Shown here piece by piece: positions 8,073 through 17,653 of a DNA stretch of 64,000 nucleotides. The stretch's first letter is position 1; the number at the start of each line of letters is the position of its first letter. The stretch comes from Acidobacteriota bacterium (GTDB lineage Bacteria; Acidobacteriota; UBA890; WLXD01). Position numbers and translations under genes: made by a program. Below the pieces are notes generated by a model that had not been told where the DNA came from, did no database searches, and was given only the letters and a program-made list of their open reading frames with translations. The stretch is taken from the NCBI GenBank assembly GCA_963666215.2, contig CAXWPL010000005.1, positions 1,115,818 to 1,179,817 of the forward strand, in the 5' to 3' direction.

Positions 8073-9968
8073 GTGAGTCACAGCCCACAACACGGTGAGG
8101 CGGGGCGACGCGAAGATCTCGCGTTGGCGCTGGCCGCGCTGGGGGTAGTGTTTGGCGATATCGGCACGAGCCCGATCTACGCCATCCGCGAGTCGTTCCA
8201 TGCATCCTACGGCATCGCGGCCAGCGCCGAGAACATGCTCGGAGTGCTGTCGCTGATTTTCTGGTCGCTGATCATCGTCATCACGATCAAGTACCTGGCG
8301 CTGGTGCTGCGCGCCGACAACCGCGGTGAGGGCGGCATCATTGCGCTCACGGCACTGGTCGCGCCGCCCAACGAGCACACCGGTGGCCGCCGCAGGGTGC
8401 TCGTGCTACTGGGTCTCTTCGGCGCCGCGCTGCTGTACGGCGATAGCATCATCACGCCCGCCATCTCGGTGTTGTCGGCCATCGAGGGGCTCGAGATCGC
8501 CACCCCGCTCTTTCAGCCGTACATCATCCCGATTACCGCCGGGATCCTGGTGGGGCTGTTCTCGATGCAGCGTCGAGGCACCGCCGGCATAGGCGCCATC
8601 TTCGGGCCCATCACGCTCGTGTGGTTCCTCACGCTGGCACTGCTGGGCACCATACAGCTGGTACAGAACCCTGGTGTTCTGGCCGCGCTCAATCCTCTGC
8701 AGGCGTACGACTTCTTTGCGCGCAACGAGATCCGAGGACTGCTCGTGCTCGGCTCCGTGTTCCTGGTGGTGACCGGCGGCGAAGCGCTGTACGCCGACAT
8801 GGGACATTTCGGCACAAAACCGATCCGCATGACCTGGTTCGCAATCGTCTTACCGTCGTTGCTGCTCAACTACTTCGGCCAAGGAGCTCTCATCCTCCGC
8901 GACCCCGAGGCCATCGAGCACCCGTTCTTTCTGATGGCACCGAGCTGGGCACTTTACCCCCTGGTGGCGTTGACCACTTGCGCCACCGTGATCGCCTCGC
9001 AGGCGGTGATCTCGGGGGCCTTCTCGTTGACCCGCCAGGCGGTGCAGCTCGGTTACCTGCCTCGTTTGCGCATCGACCACAAGTCCGACAGACACGCCGG
9101 ACAGATCTACATTCCGTCGGTCAACTGGGCGCTGATGATCGCCTGCATCGCGCTGGTGCTCGGCTTCCGCAACTCGAGCAATCTCGCCTCGGCCTACGGC
9201 GTGGCCGTGACCACCGACATGGTGTTCACGACGATTCTGTTTGCTGTGGTTGCCCGAAGCCGTTGGCGATGGGGATACTTGCTCCTGTTCATCGTCATCG
9301 TGCCTCTGTTCATCGTCGACGTCGCCTTCTGGAGCGCCAATATCCCGAAGATCCCCAGCGGTGGCTGGTTCCCGCTGCTGATCGCCGGTGTCATGTTCGT
9401 GTTGATGACCACCTGGAACCGTGGCCGCAAGATCCTTGGCCGACGGCTCAACGAACGCGTCGTGCCTCTGCGCCCGTTCCTCGAGGGTCTGGCCGCAGAC
9501 CCACCGATCCGCGTACCCGGCACCGCGGTCTTCATGGCCTCGAGCGCCGACGGAACGCCGCACGCGCTGGTGCACAACGTGAAGCACAACAAGGTGCTTC
9601 ACGAGCGCATCATCTTCCTCACGGTGGCTACCAGCGACGTGCCTCATGTTCATGAGCAGAATCGTGTCGAGGTACAGCCCGTCGGCGACGAAGGCTTCTA
9701 CCGCATCGTGCTGCACTACGGCTTCGCGCAGGACCCCGATGTACCGAGTGCGCTGGCGTCGATCAACCTGAACGGATCCGCCGTCGACGTGGAGGAAACA
9801 ACGTTCTTCCTCGGCCGCGAGAACCTGATCTCGACACCGGCCCGCGGCATGGCGACGTGGCGCGAAAAGCTGTTTGCTCGCATGTCGCGCAACGCTCGCG
9901 GCGCCACGCTCTATTTCCGCATCCCGCCGCACCGCGTGGTCGAGCTCGGAACCCAGATCGAGCTCTAG
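8073..9968 (+). CDS. kup: KUP/HAK/KT-family potassium uptake protein
   Basis: 631 aa. The N-terminal LAALGVVFGDIGTSPIYAIRESF signature is present, followed by about 12 TM helices and the conserved cytoplasmic C-terminal domain (HNVKHNKVLHERIIFLTV). Confidence 0.9.
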   Translation: MSHSPQHGEAGRREDLALALAALGVVFGDIGTSPIYAIRESFHASYGIAASAENMLGVLSLIFWSLIIVITIKYLALVLRADNRGEGGIIALTALVAPPNEHTGGRRRVLVLLGLFGAALLYGDSIITPAISVLSAIEGLEIATPLFQPYIIPITAGILVGLFSMQRRGTAGIGAIFGPITLVWFLTLALLGTIQLVQNPGVLAALNPLQAYDFFARNEIRGLLVLGSVFLVVTGGEALYADMGHFGTKPIRMTWFAIVLPSLLLNYFGQGALILRDPEAIEHPFFLMAPSWALYPLVALTTCATVIASQAVISGAFSLTRQAVQLGYLPRLRIDHKSDRHAGQIYIPSVNWALMIACIALVLGFRNSSNLASAYGVAVTTDMVFTTILFAVVARSRWRWGYLLLFIVIVPLFIVDVAFWSANIPKIPSGGWFPLLIAGVMFVLMTTWNRGRKILGRRLNERVVPLRPFLEGLAADPPIRVPGTAVFMASSADGTPHALVHNVKHNKVLHERIIFLTVATSDVPHVHEQNRVEVQPVGDEGFYRIVLHYGFAQDPDVPSALASINLNGSAVDVEETTFFLGRENLISTPARGMATWREKLFARMSRNARGATLYFRIPPHRVVELGTQIEL

Positions 9969-9974
9969 CAAACG

Positions 9975-10397
9975 TCAGCTCGACGTCGGAGTCCGCGGCA
10001 GCGGCGGCAACCGATCGTCGGGGTCGCGCCACCGAGCTCGAGTGAGGTAGTCGAGCGCCAGGCAAAAGCCGTAGCGCTGCCGCATGGTCGCCGCGACAGC
10101 ACCTATCAGCAGTGCAAACGCGCCGACAAGCAGAACCAAGTTGCTCGGGTAGAGCTCGAAGTACACGACCGCGATCACCGGCAGGATGAAAGCAGCGCGG
10201 TCGACGACCACGAGAAAAATCCAAGGGTCGCCCTGATTTCGCAGATAACGCAGCCCGCAGCTGGAACAGGTCTCGCGAACCTCGACCCAGCGCCTGGGCA
10301 GGAACAAGGACACGTGGCCGCAATGCGGACAACGGCCGGCGAGGCCACGGAGCAAAGCCGTGCTCACCGCCGTGCGGCGATCAGAGTCGGTTGCCAC
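9975..10397 (-). CDS. DUF983-family zinc-ribbon membrane protein
   Basis: GRCPHCGHVSLF ... CSSCGL (CxxC...CxxC) is followed by two hydrophobic helices. Confidence 0.75.
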   Translation of the reverse strand: MATDSDRRTAVSTALLRGLAGRCPHCGHVSLFLPRRWVEVRETCSSCGLRYLRNQGDPWIFLVVVDRAAFILPVIAVVYFELYPSNLVLLVGAFALLIGAVAATMRQRYGFCLALDYLTRARWRDPDDRLPPLPRTPTSS

Positions 10398-10525
10398 GGT
10401 AGGCTGCGGCTACAGCTCGGCGGTGGCCAGAAAGCGCGGCGGCTGTCGCAGCTGTGTGGCGCGCTCGAAAGGGTGCGCCAGACGGACCAACTTCGGCTCG
10501 CTCCAGGCGCGACCGAACGCGACGC

Positions 10526-11446
10526 TCACCTACCGAGATCTTCGGGGGTTCCGAGAGGACGGGCAAAGACCTCCATGTGCCGGACGCGCTCGTGCAGCTG
10601 ACGGAACTCAGGAACGGTCAGGGCGCGCAGCGGGGGGCGCACGTCACCGCAGTCGACACCCACCAGCGACATGATCGCTTTGCCGGCTCGCAGCGTACCG
10701 AACTCGCGCATGATTCGGAACAGCTCGGTCGCCTGAGTCTGTGCATCGCGAGCCGCGGCCACGTCGCCGCGTTCGAACCGATCGAGCATCCTCCGATAAA
10801 CTGGCGCCGCGTAGTTGAAGCTGGCTCCAACCGCGCAGGTGATTCCATGGGCGAGCCCCGACAGCATTCCTTCGTCGGCGCACAGCACCCGAAATCGCGA
10901 AGCCAGCGGCAAGCACGACTGCAACGAGCGGGCGTCGGGATTCGCCAGAATGACGCCGGCAAGCGAGGGCACTCGCAGGCTCCCCCACTCGAGCAGATGG
11001 TCGGGCGCGATGTGCACGCTGTTGAAGGCCGGGGCGTCGTAGAAGTAGAAGGGAAGGCCGCCGGCGGCCTCGGCGATGGGCGCGAGGTACTCGATGAGAT
11101 CCTCGACCGATCGCGGACCGTAGGCAATCGGAGCCATCGCCGCGACGGCAGCCACACCGGCGCGCTCGGCTTGTCGCGCCAGCTCAATCGCGTCGGCCAA
11201 ACATTCGTGCCCGATGTGGGCGAACACGGGGAAGAGCCCCTCGCCGGCACCGGCCCACGTCTCGCAAAGTCCGCGCCGCTCGGCGATGGTCAGTGAATGC
11301 CCCTCGCCGGCGACTCCACCGACCATAACGCCGGAAACACCGCTCTCTCGATAGAGCTTCAACATTTCGGGAACGGCAAGAGCGTTGATGCGTCCGGTGG
11401 CGGCGAACGGCGTGTAGGCGGAGGCGATCAACCCTTCGAATGGCAT
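10526..11446 (-). CDS. DapA/NanA (dihydrodipicolinate synthase / N-acetylneuraminate lyase) family protein, apparently lacking the Schiff-base lysine
   Basis: The start MPFEGLIASAYTPF at 11446 overlaps the upstream stop as TGATG (the track ORF extends to 11602). The TIM-barrel family pattern is clear (GVMVGGVAGEG, PFYFYDAPAF). The G-x-K position reads LAGVILANPD and the GxTGE threonines read VAGE. Confidence 0.8.
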   Translation of the reverse strand: MPFEGLIASAYTPFAATGRINALAVPEMLKLYRESGVSGVMVGGVAGEGHSLTIAERRGLCETWAGAGEGLFPVFAHIGHECLADAIELARQAERAGVAAVAAMAPIAYGPRSVEDLIEYLAPIAEAAGGLPFYFYDAPAFNSVHIAPDHLLEWGSLRVPSLAGVILANPDARSLQSCLPLASRFRVLCADEGMLSGLAHGITCAVGASFNYAAPVYRRMLDRFERGDVAAARDAQTQATELFRIMREFGTLRAGKAIMSLVGVDCGDVRPPLRALTVPEFRQLHERVRHMEVFARPLGTPEDLGR

Positions 11447-13494
11447 CAGCGACCAGCCTCGTGGGCGCCCATGCCGGCTCCGGCGACCTCGGAGCTCCGG
11501 CTCGACGGCAGCAACAACTGGCGACCGGCTGCAAGTTGCTCGTCGAGCTCCTCGAGTCGAAAACGCACGCTCACGATGTACGGCTCCTCGCCGGCGGTCC
11601 AATGCCCGTAGCTGGTCGCGACGATCATGCCCCGGTCGGGCCCACCAGCCAACAACTCAACGCCCGGGTAGGCGGCGTCGGCATCGACCAAGTTGTCCAT
11701 CAACCGAACCCGGTACTCCCCCTCGCGGCCGGCGATGATGTCGTCGTAGTGGCCGACTCATCCCACCCAGTCACCCTTCGTCGGGCTGTCGCGTGTGGTG
11801 TCTCGAAAGGAAATGAATAGCCGCCCGTCGGGAGCGTACACCGCGGCATGGCGATCGCCGGTGAGCGCGGCCGGAAGCTCGCGAGGCGTGCTCCAAGTCT
11901 TCCCTTCATCGTCCGAAAAAATCACGAACGAGTTGCGCGTCCGCGAGTTCTCCCGCAGCAGCAGGGCCATCTGGGAGCCGTCGGGCGACCGCACCAGTCC
12001 CGGCTCGCACAGTTGGGCCGCTGCATGCGTTGCGATCACCTCGGGCTGTGACCAGCGCCTTCCGGCGTCGCTCGAGGTCGTCTGATACACCCAGAACTTG
12101 CGCTGACGCTCGCCGCCAGCACGGATGAACCGGCCGTCGTCATGAAAGAAGGCGGTCAACCGACCCGAGGAGTCCGATGCCGCCAGCGATGCCATGGCCA
12201 CGATGCCGCCAAAATCACCGATGGGCTCGAGCTCGGACCAGGTGGCTCCCTCGTCGTCGGAGCGCGCCATGCGGATGGGATGCAACCCAGAGAACAACAG
12301 CAGCCGGTTGCGGCCACCGTTACCCGAGCGCCGCGGCACGCTGTAGATCGTCGGTGTTTCGCGCGACGTGGCAAAGCTCAGGGGCGTGGGCAATCGCTCC
12401 GACCACGTCGCGCCACCGTCGTCTGAGCGCTTCACGACAATGGCGCCGGTGCCGTGTCCCTTGGGGTAGACCGCAAGCATGGTGTGTCCGTCCGCCAAGA
12501 GCACCGTGTCTGGATGACCGAGGTACTGATTGGCCTCCCGATCGACGACGACCTGACGAGCGTGGTCACGCGCCAGGTCGACGACAGGAATACCGAAGCC
12601 CGGCGTCATCCCCGAGCGTGCGGCGATGGTGCGCGAGATCCGAGCACGCTCGGCAGCCCGCAACACCGGATCGGCCAGAAGCTGCGCGATCAACGCATGC
12701 CCACGATCGCTCGGGTGCATGCCATCGGCCAGGAGCTCATCTGTGGAAGTCGGGCTGGGGCCGGTTCCTTCCGACGACTCATACTCCACGAACGTCTGGA
12801 AAACGTCCACGAGCTCCACATCCTGGCGCGCCGCCACCTGACGCACGACCTCGGCGTAGTCACGTAGCACGACGTTGAGTCCCCACCGGTCGTCGAGATC
12901 GTAGGGCGGGAAGCGCCACTTGCGGCGCAGCTGCGGGGTCCAGAGCAACGGGTTCGGCGTCAGCAGAACCGGCTCGGCCCCCTGCGACCGGGCTATGCGG
13001 ACGTAGTACTCGAGAAGCTCGGCGAACCGCGACTGGCTGACGAAAGGATCGGTGCGCCGCGCGCGACCATCGACCGCCGCGTCGTTGATGCCGAACTGAA
13101 TGAGCACGATGTCGGGATCGCGATGCAGGACGTCGACATCGAATCTGCGACGAGCGGCCTCGAGGGTCTCACCCGGTCCCGCGGCATTGAAGGAGGTCGC
13201 TTCCACGCCCCGATCCCGCAGCAGCTCTGCCAGGCGCTCGTCGTAGGCGCGCTCGACGCCGTCGAGCGCCGCCACCGTGGAGTCGGCAAATGCCACCACG
13301 CGCAACGTCTCCTGTGCAGACAGGCGCGCCGCGGCGGCACTGGACGCGGGTGGAACCCCGGGAACCGCGAGCGCCAGCAGACCGACCACCAGACACCCCT
13401 TCGTGCCGACGACCTCGGCGATGTGGCGGGCGCCAGATCGCCGCGCAGTCGATAGCGCTGTCGATTGCGGAGATGGCGCCCATCCCGAGGTCAT
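11446..13494 (-). pseudogene. SGNH/GDSL esterase - BNR sialidase fusion interrupted by one in-frame TGA (11760-11758)
   Basis: Track ORFs 11758..13494 and 11446..11703 are in the same frame (2049 nt in total). The N-terminal part has SGNH motifs (VVAFADS, QFGINDA, DGMHPSDRGH). Four BNR repeats follow (SDDGGATWS, SDDEGATWS, SSDAGRRWS, SDDEGKTWS). Across the stop the sequence reads TKGDWVG*VGHYDDIIAGREGEYRVRLMDN...YPGVELLAGG...IVATSYGHW...PYIVSVRFRLEELD, a typical sialidase-fold C-terminus. Confidence 0.75.
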
Positions 13495-13901
13495 AGCGGC
13501 TCCGATTCGATCGTCACCGCATCGATCTCGATGGTCTTGCCGTCCGGCCCCACGGGCCCAAACCAGCGATCGACGCGGCCACGAGCGAATTTCCTCATCT
13601 TCGGAGTCACCATCGATGCCACCGCGGCGAGCGCCAGCACGAGAACACCGAGGTCGTCGGTAAATCCCGCCCCCGGGATCAGGTCCGGAATCGCGTCGAT
13701 GGGCGAGATGAAGTAGCCGAGCGCGCCGACAATGGTCGTTTTGGCCCAGGCTGGGGTTTCCGGGTCCTTCAGCACGAGGTACAGCAGAAGCGCCTTCTCC
13801 ACCACCTCCTTGCCGGCGGCGCGCGCATAGCGCGACATCTTGGCATTGAAGCTCTCGTCGTTGTACCTCGAGGCGTACTTCGCGCTGCTCCGGTCACTCA
13901 T
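13491..13901 (-). CDS. DUF1232 (YkvA-like) membrane protein
   Basis: The start MSDRSSAKYASRYNDESF is at 13901 (the track ORF is longer). The motif ALGYFISPIDAIPDLIPGAGFTDDLGVL is characteristic. The stop overlaps the sialidase-fusion start as ATGA. Confidence 0.7.
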   Translation of the reverse strand: MSDRSSAKYASRYNDESFNAKMSRYARAAGKEVVEKALLLYLVLKDPETPAWAKTTIVGALGYFISPIDAIPDLIPGAGFTDDLGVLVLALAAVASMVTPKMRKFARGRVDRWFGPVGPDGKTIEIDAVTIESEPL

Positions 13902-13903
13902 CG

Positions 13904-14623
13904 TCAGCGGTCCAATGAACGCTCGCGTATGCGCAGGCCTCGCCAGCGCACCTTGATGCCGCCACCGTCGTGGATTTGCAGCGCGATCGAACCGGTGGCC
14001 GCGCCGATCTTGTCGTCGGTGAGATCGATCATCTCGACGCCGTTGAGCCATGTCGTCACGTGACCAGCCACCACGAGGAGTCGCATCTCGTTCCACTCGC
14101 CCATACGCAGCGCACCATCCTTGGCCGGTTCCGGTTGGATCAGCCATCCGCGCCCGTACGACTCGTAAATGCCCCCGGTAAAGCTGCCGGGTGGAGCAAC
14201 TTCGGCCTGCCAGCCGGTGATGCGCGTGCCCTCGATCGACGAACGGAAGAAAACGCCGCTGTTGCCATCGGCCTCTTGCTTGAATTCGACGACCAGCTCG
14301 AAGTCGCGATACTCGCGTTCAGTAGCAAGATAGCCGTAGGCAGCGTCGGGCCCCGACTCGCAGACGAGCTCGCCCTGAGCCGCGTCGTCTGGGTGGTCCA
14401 CGTACCAGAGCTCGGTGCCGTGGATACGCCAGCCGCTCAAGTCGACGCCGTTGAAGAGAAGTTGCCAGCCGTCCTGCCCGTCGAGATCCTGAGCCACCGC
14501 TGCCACCTGGCTCGCCATCGGCAGAAGAGCGAGCAACGCCAGGCCGCTGACCCGTCGCGAAGCGCGGGCGATGGGCGTCACCCTTCTCGGGCAGGATGGC
14601 CGCGCACAGGACGCCACGCGCAT
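13904..14623 (-). CDS. DUF1080 (3-keto-disaccharide hydrolase-like, concanavalin-type) secreted protein
   Basis: A signal-like N-terminus is followed by GWQLLFNGVDLSGWR ... NSGVFFRS ... LNGVEM ... GSIALQIHDGG ... RGLRIRE. Confidence 0.8.
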   Translation of the reverse strand: MRVASCARPSCPRRVTPIARASRRVSGLALLALLPMASQVAAVAQDLDGQDGWQLLFNGVDLSGWRIHGTELWYVDHPDDAAQGELVCESGPDAAYGYLATEREYRDFELVVEFKQEADGNSGVFFRSSIEGTRITGWQAEVAPPGSFTGGIYESYGRGWLIQPEPAKDGALRMGEWNEMRLLVVAGHVTTWLNGVEMIDLTDDKIGAATGSIALQIHDGGGIKVRWRGLRIRERSLDR

Positions 14624-15448
14624 CTACAGCGGCCGGATCTTGACGTTGCGGTACGACACCTCGCCGCCGTGATCCTGAAGCCCGATCGACCCGCTGCGCG
14701 CCATTCCGTGTTGCGGAAATGGCGCGAACTTGCTCGCCGCCACGAGCTCTTTCCAGGCGTCGCTCCAGAGCTCGTACTCGACGGCCTTGTTGCCGTTGAG
14801 CCAGTGCTCGACGTGCCCGTCGTTGATCACGATACGGGCGTGGTTCCACTCGCCGGCGCGCTTGCCGTACTTCTCGGGAGCGGCGTGCAGGTCGTAGTTG
14901 TCGCCGGTGAAGTGCTTGTCCATATCCTCCGCGTCAGCCCAGGCGTCGTCGTCGAGAACCTGAAACTCGGGTGCGTTGTGCCAGATAGCGGCCCCGGGTA
15001 TTTCCTGAACCAGGTACAGGATGCCGCTGTTGGATCCTTGGGCAACGCGGAACTCGAGGCTGAGCTCGAAGCTGCCGAACGAGCGCGCGGTAACGACGTC
15101 GCTGCCCTCCCCCTCGGCCTCTGTTCCCTCGGCCAGGCCGTTAGGCGGAACGAAGCTCAGCGTACCGTCGACAGCCATCCAGCCACTGTCCACGCCGCTT
15201 CTCAGCTCGCCGCCGTTGTAGTGGCGCCACCCCTGTGTGCTCTCTCCGTTGAACAGGAGCTGCCAGCCCTGCGCGATCTCTTCGCTGGTGAGAACGTTGT
15301 GCATCGTCCCCTCCTCGCCAGCGGGCGGTGTTGCCGACGCATCGGCGGCGTCCGGGGCGTCGCTCTGGGGCGTCTGCGACGCGCAGCCGAGGCTCGTCAT
15401 GGCGAGCACAATGAGCACCCTGACAAGCGCCAAGGACACATTCTTCAT
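14624..15448 (-). CDS. DUF1080-family lipoprotein
   Basis: The start MKNVSLALVRVLIVLAMTSLGCAS (lipobox) is at 15448. Then come GWQLLFNGESTQGWR ... NSGILYLV ... LNGNKAVEY ... GSIGLQDHGGEVSYRNVKIRPL. The start overlaps the upstream stop as TGATG. Confidence 0.8.
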   Translation of the reverse strand: MKNVSLALVRVLIVLAMTSLGCASQTPQSDAPDAADASATPPAGEEGTMHNVLTSEEIAQGWQLLFNGESTQGWRHYNGGELRSGVDSGWMAVDGTLSFVPPNGLAEGTEAEGEGSDVVTARSFGSFELSLEFRVAQGSNSGILYLVQEIPGAAIWHNAPEFQVLDDDAWADAEDMDKHFTGDNYDLHAAPEKYGKRAGEWNHARIVINDGHVEHWLNGNKAVEYELWSDAWKELVAASKFAPFPQHGMARSGSIGLQDHGGEVSYRNVKIRPL

Positions 15449-16881
15449 CAGGTCACCACTCTCATGTTCTCGGAATCCCACTTTGTGATCCGGTCCTCGA
15501 AGTAGCTGTCGTTGCACAGCAACGCCGGAGCAGCGGCGCGATAGCCGAAGGTTGCGTCTTCGACGAGTGCCGATCCGTCGCCGGCGCGGACCGCGTCGAT
15601 GAACCTTTGCCAGTGGTCGTAGTGAGCGCCGAGGTAGCCCTCCTCGGCGCGCCACACAGGCTCGGCGGGTGGCCGCATACGCTTGCGCTCGTAGCCCATC
15701 CCCATCCCCGACTCTGCCATCGCAGCCGCCGTGAACGCGTCGGGCGCAGGAACCGGTGCGTTGCGATAGACAACAACCTCATCCCACTTCACGTCCATCG
15801 CGCCCTCGCTACCCACTAGTCGCAGGAAGGTCGTGCCCGAGGTGCCATCCACGAAGTTGACGCGCAGCGACAGATTGAACGCCGGGTGTGAGGCCGACTC
15901 GGGGTAGTCGAACATGCCGAGCAGCACGTCGGGCACCTCGCGCCCATCCTCCCAGTAGCGCAAACCGCCCGTAGCAATAATCGAGCGTGGCCCGTTCGAC
16001 GAGATAACGAAGTTCAGGCTCGAGAAAAGATGTACGAACAGGTCGCCCGAGACGCCGGTACCGTAGTCGCGATAGCAGCGCCAGCGGAAGAAGCGCAGCG
16101 GGTCGTACTCGCGTCGATGCTCGGCATCCAACGGCTCCTGGTAGCGCTGCCAATCAACGGTGGCCGTCGACTGGTCGTCGGGAATCGTGTACTGCCAGGC
16201 GCCAACCGGCGAGTTGCGCGCCCAGAAGCCCTCGGCGTAGTTGAGCTCGCCGATTACACCCTGCTGAAAGAGCTCCCTGGCTTTCTCGTTGCCGAGAGAA
16301 GACAGACCCTGACTGCCCACCTGGAAGACTCCCCCGGTCTCGCGCTGCGCCGCGACCACGTCGGCCCCCTCGGCGACGTGATGCACCATGGGCTTTTCGC
16401 AGTAAACAGCCTTGCCAGCGCGCAGCGCGTCGATGGAAATTTGTCTGTGCCAGTGATCAGGCGTGCCGACGATCACAGCGTCGATATCGGGACGAGCCAG
16501 CACCTCGCGGTAGTCGCGCGTAGTGAACAGATCGGCACCCCAGCGCTCGCGGGCGCGCTCTAGTCGGCCGTCGTAGAGATCACACGCCGCCACCACGCGG
16601 GCTCCGGGCACGGTGTCTGCGGTATCAGCATTGGCGCTGCCCATGCCACCGGCGCCGACCACGGCAATCTGCACCTGATCGTTGGCCTGATGGCGAACCC
16701 GACCTGCTGAGCGCGCCAACGTGCCGGTTGCGGCCTCGGTCGTACCGGCAAGACCCTCGGGAAGACTCAGCGGAGCCACCAGCGCCGCGCCGGCAGCTCG
16801 ACCGAGGAATTGGCGCCGATTCGAAGGAGTCGGAGAACACGAGGGGCTCGAAGGATTCGGCGGACGGCGTGGTTCGCTCAT
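15448..16881 (-). CDS. Gfo/Idh/MocA-family oxidoreductase with twin-arginine signal
   Basis: The TAT motif NRRQFLGRAAGAAL is present, with Rossmann IAVVGAGGMGSANA and the typical C-terminal alpha/beta domain. GGAG lies 6 nt before the ATG. Confidence 0.85.
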   Translation of the reverse strand: MSEPRRPPNPSSPSCSPTPSNRRQFLGRAAGAALVAPLSLPEGLAGTTEAATGTLARSAGRVRHQANDQVQIAVVGAGGMGSANADTADTVPGARVVAACDLYDGRLERARERWGADLFTTRDYREVLARPDIDAVIVGTPDHWHRQISIDALRAGKAVYCEKPMVHHVAEGADVVAAQRETGGVFQVGSQGLSSLGNEKARELFQQGVIGELNYAEGFWARNSPVGAWQYTIPDDQSTATVDWQRYQEPLDAEHRREYDPLRFFRWRCYRDYGTGVSGDLFVHLFSSLNFVISSNGPRSIIATGGLRYWEDGREVPDVLLGMFDYPESASHPAFNLSLRVNFVDGTSGTTFLRLVGSEGAMDVKWDEVVVYRNAPVPAPDAFTAAAMAESGMGMGYERKRMRPPAEPVWRAEEGYLGAHYDHWQRFIDAVRAGDGSALVEDATFGYRAAAPALLCNDSYFEDRITKWDSENMRVVT

Positions 16882-16903
16882 CGGTGCTCCATCTGGATCT
16901 CGA

Positions 16904-17653
16904 TCATTTCGAAGCGGAGATTGAGGATGGGGTACTGGCGCCAGTGTCGCGACGGACGGTCTCTGCTGGCGGCTGCGCCGCGCCGGCGAGCTGCTGCAAC
17001 TCGGCTACCGGGCGCACGGGATCGATGCGAAAAGTGCCCGTGCCGAGCTCGACGGCCGCGCGTGGGAAACGCTCGCCGCCAATGAGCAGCGCCGTGGTGA
17101 CGCCCCCCTTTCGTTCAAGCTCAATACGACGACCGGCTAGCGGACCGCTGTCGATCTCCCCGAACTCTCGAATATCGCGCGCGTCTCCGTGTTCTTGCGC
17201 CTCAGCCGATTCGCCAGCCGGCCCCGAAGTCGCGTCGGCAAAATCGATTGCTGCCGCCGACGCCGCGTCGGCGCCAAGTTGCAACCTCAGACGGACGTCC
17301 GTCTCGATGATGTACGCGGGCAACTCACCGGAGGATCCCTTCCAGCTGTACAACCCGATCCACGCCGACAGCTCTCCGGCAGCGGCGGGCGCGCTACCGA
17401 GCTCTCCCAGCGGCCGCGCGGCCGGCTCTGAGTCGCCGGACATTGGCTGGGCAGCGGCCAGATCCTCGAGCACGCCGGCGACATCGGCAACGCCGACGCC
17501 GGAATCCGACGGGATCGCGCCACAACCCGCGAGCACGGATAGTACGAAGAGTCCGAAGAGTCCGAGCGACGCGGTGGTTCGTCGCCAGTGGCGTCGGCGA
17601 CGGAGGCGGGCGCGAGAATCAGGAGCGGTACCAGGCGGGCAGCGACGCTTCAC
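16904..17653 (-). CDS. hypothetical lipoprotein
   Basis: GTG at 17653 overlaps the ADH stop as GTGA. The signal/lipobox is SLGLFGLFVLSVLAGCGA. I recognise no domain and the composition is Ala/Gly/Glu-rich. Confidence 0.5.
   Translation of the reverse strand: MKRRCPPGTAPDSRARLRRRRHWRRTTASLGLFGLFVLSVLAGCGAIPSDSGVGVADVAGVLEDLAAAQPMSGDSEPAARPLGELGSAPAAAGELSAWIGLYSWKGSSGELPAYIIETDVRLRLQLGADAASAAAIDFADATSGPAGESAEAQEHGDARDIREFGEIDSGPLAGRRIELERKGGVTTALLIGGERFPRAAVELGTGTFRIDPVRPVAELQQLAGAAQPPAETVRRDTGASTPSSISASK

Noticed and set aside
11758-11760. Two in-frame TGA codons (here and at 63671-63673) might mean TGA is recoded (Trp, Gly or selenocysteine) in this organism.
   Set aside because: TGA clearly acts as a stop at many tightly coupled gene junctions in this window. 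ATGA or GTGA overlaps occur at 7648-7651, 13491-13494, 17650-17653, 23535-23538, 32834-32837 and 46219-46222. TGA also terminates SRAP and the IS481 transposase. I saw no SECIS-like hairpin after either codon, and Cys/Sec is not expected at the sialidase position. Point nonsense mutations are the simpler reading.
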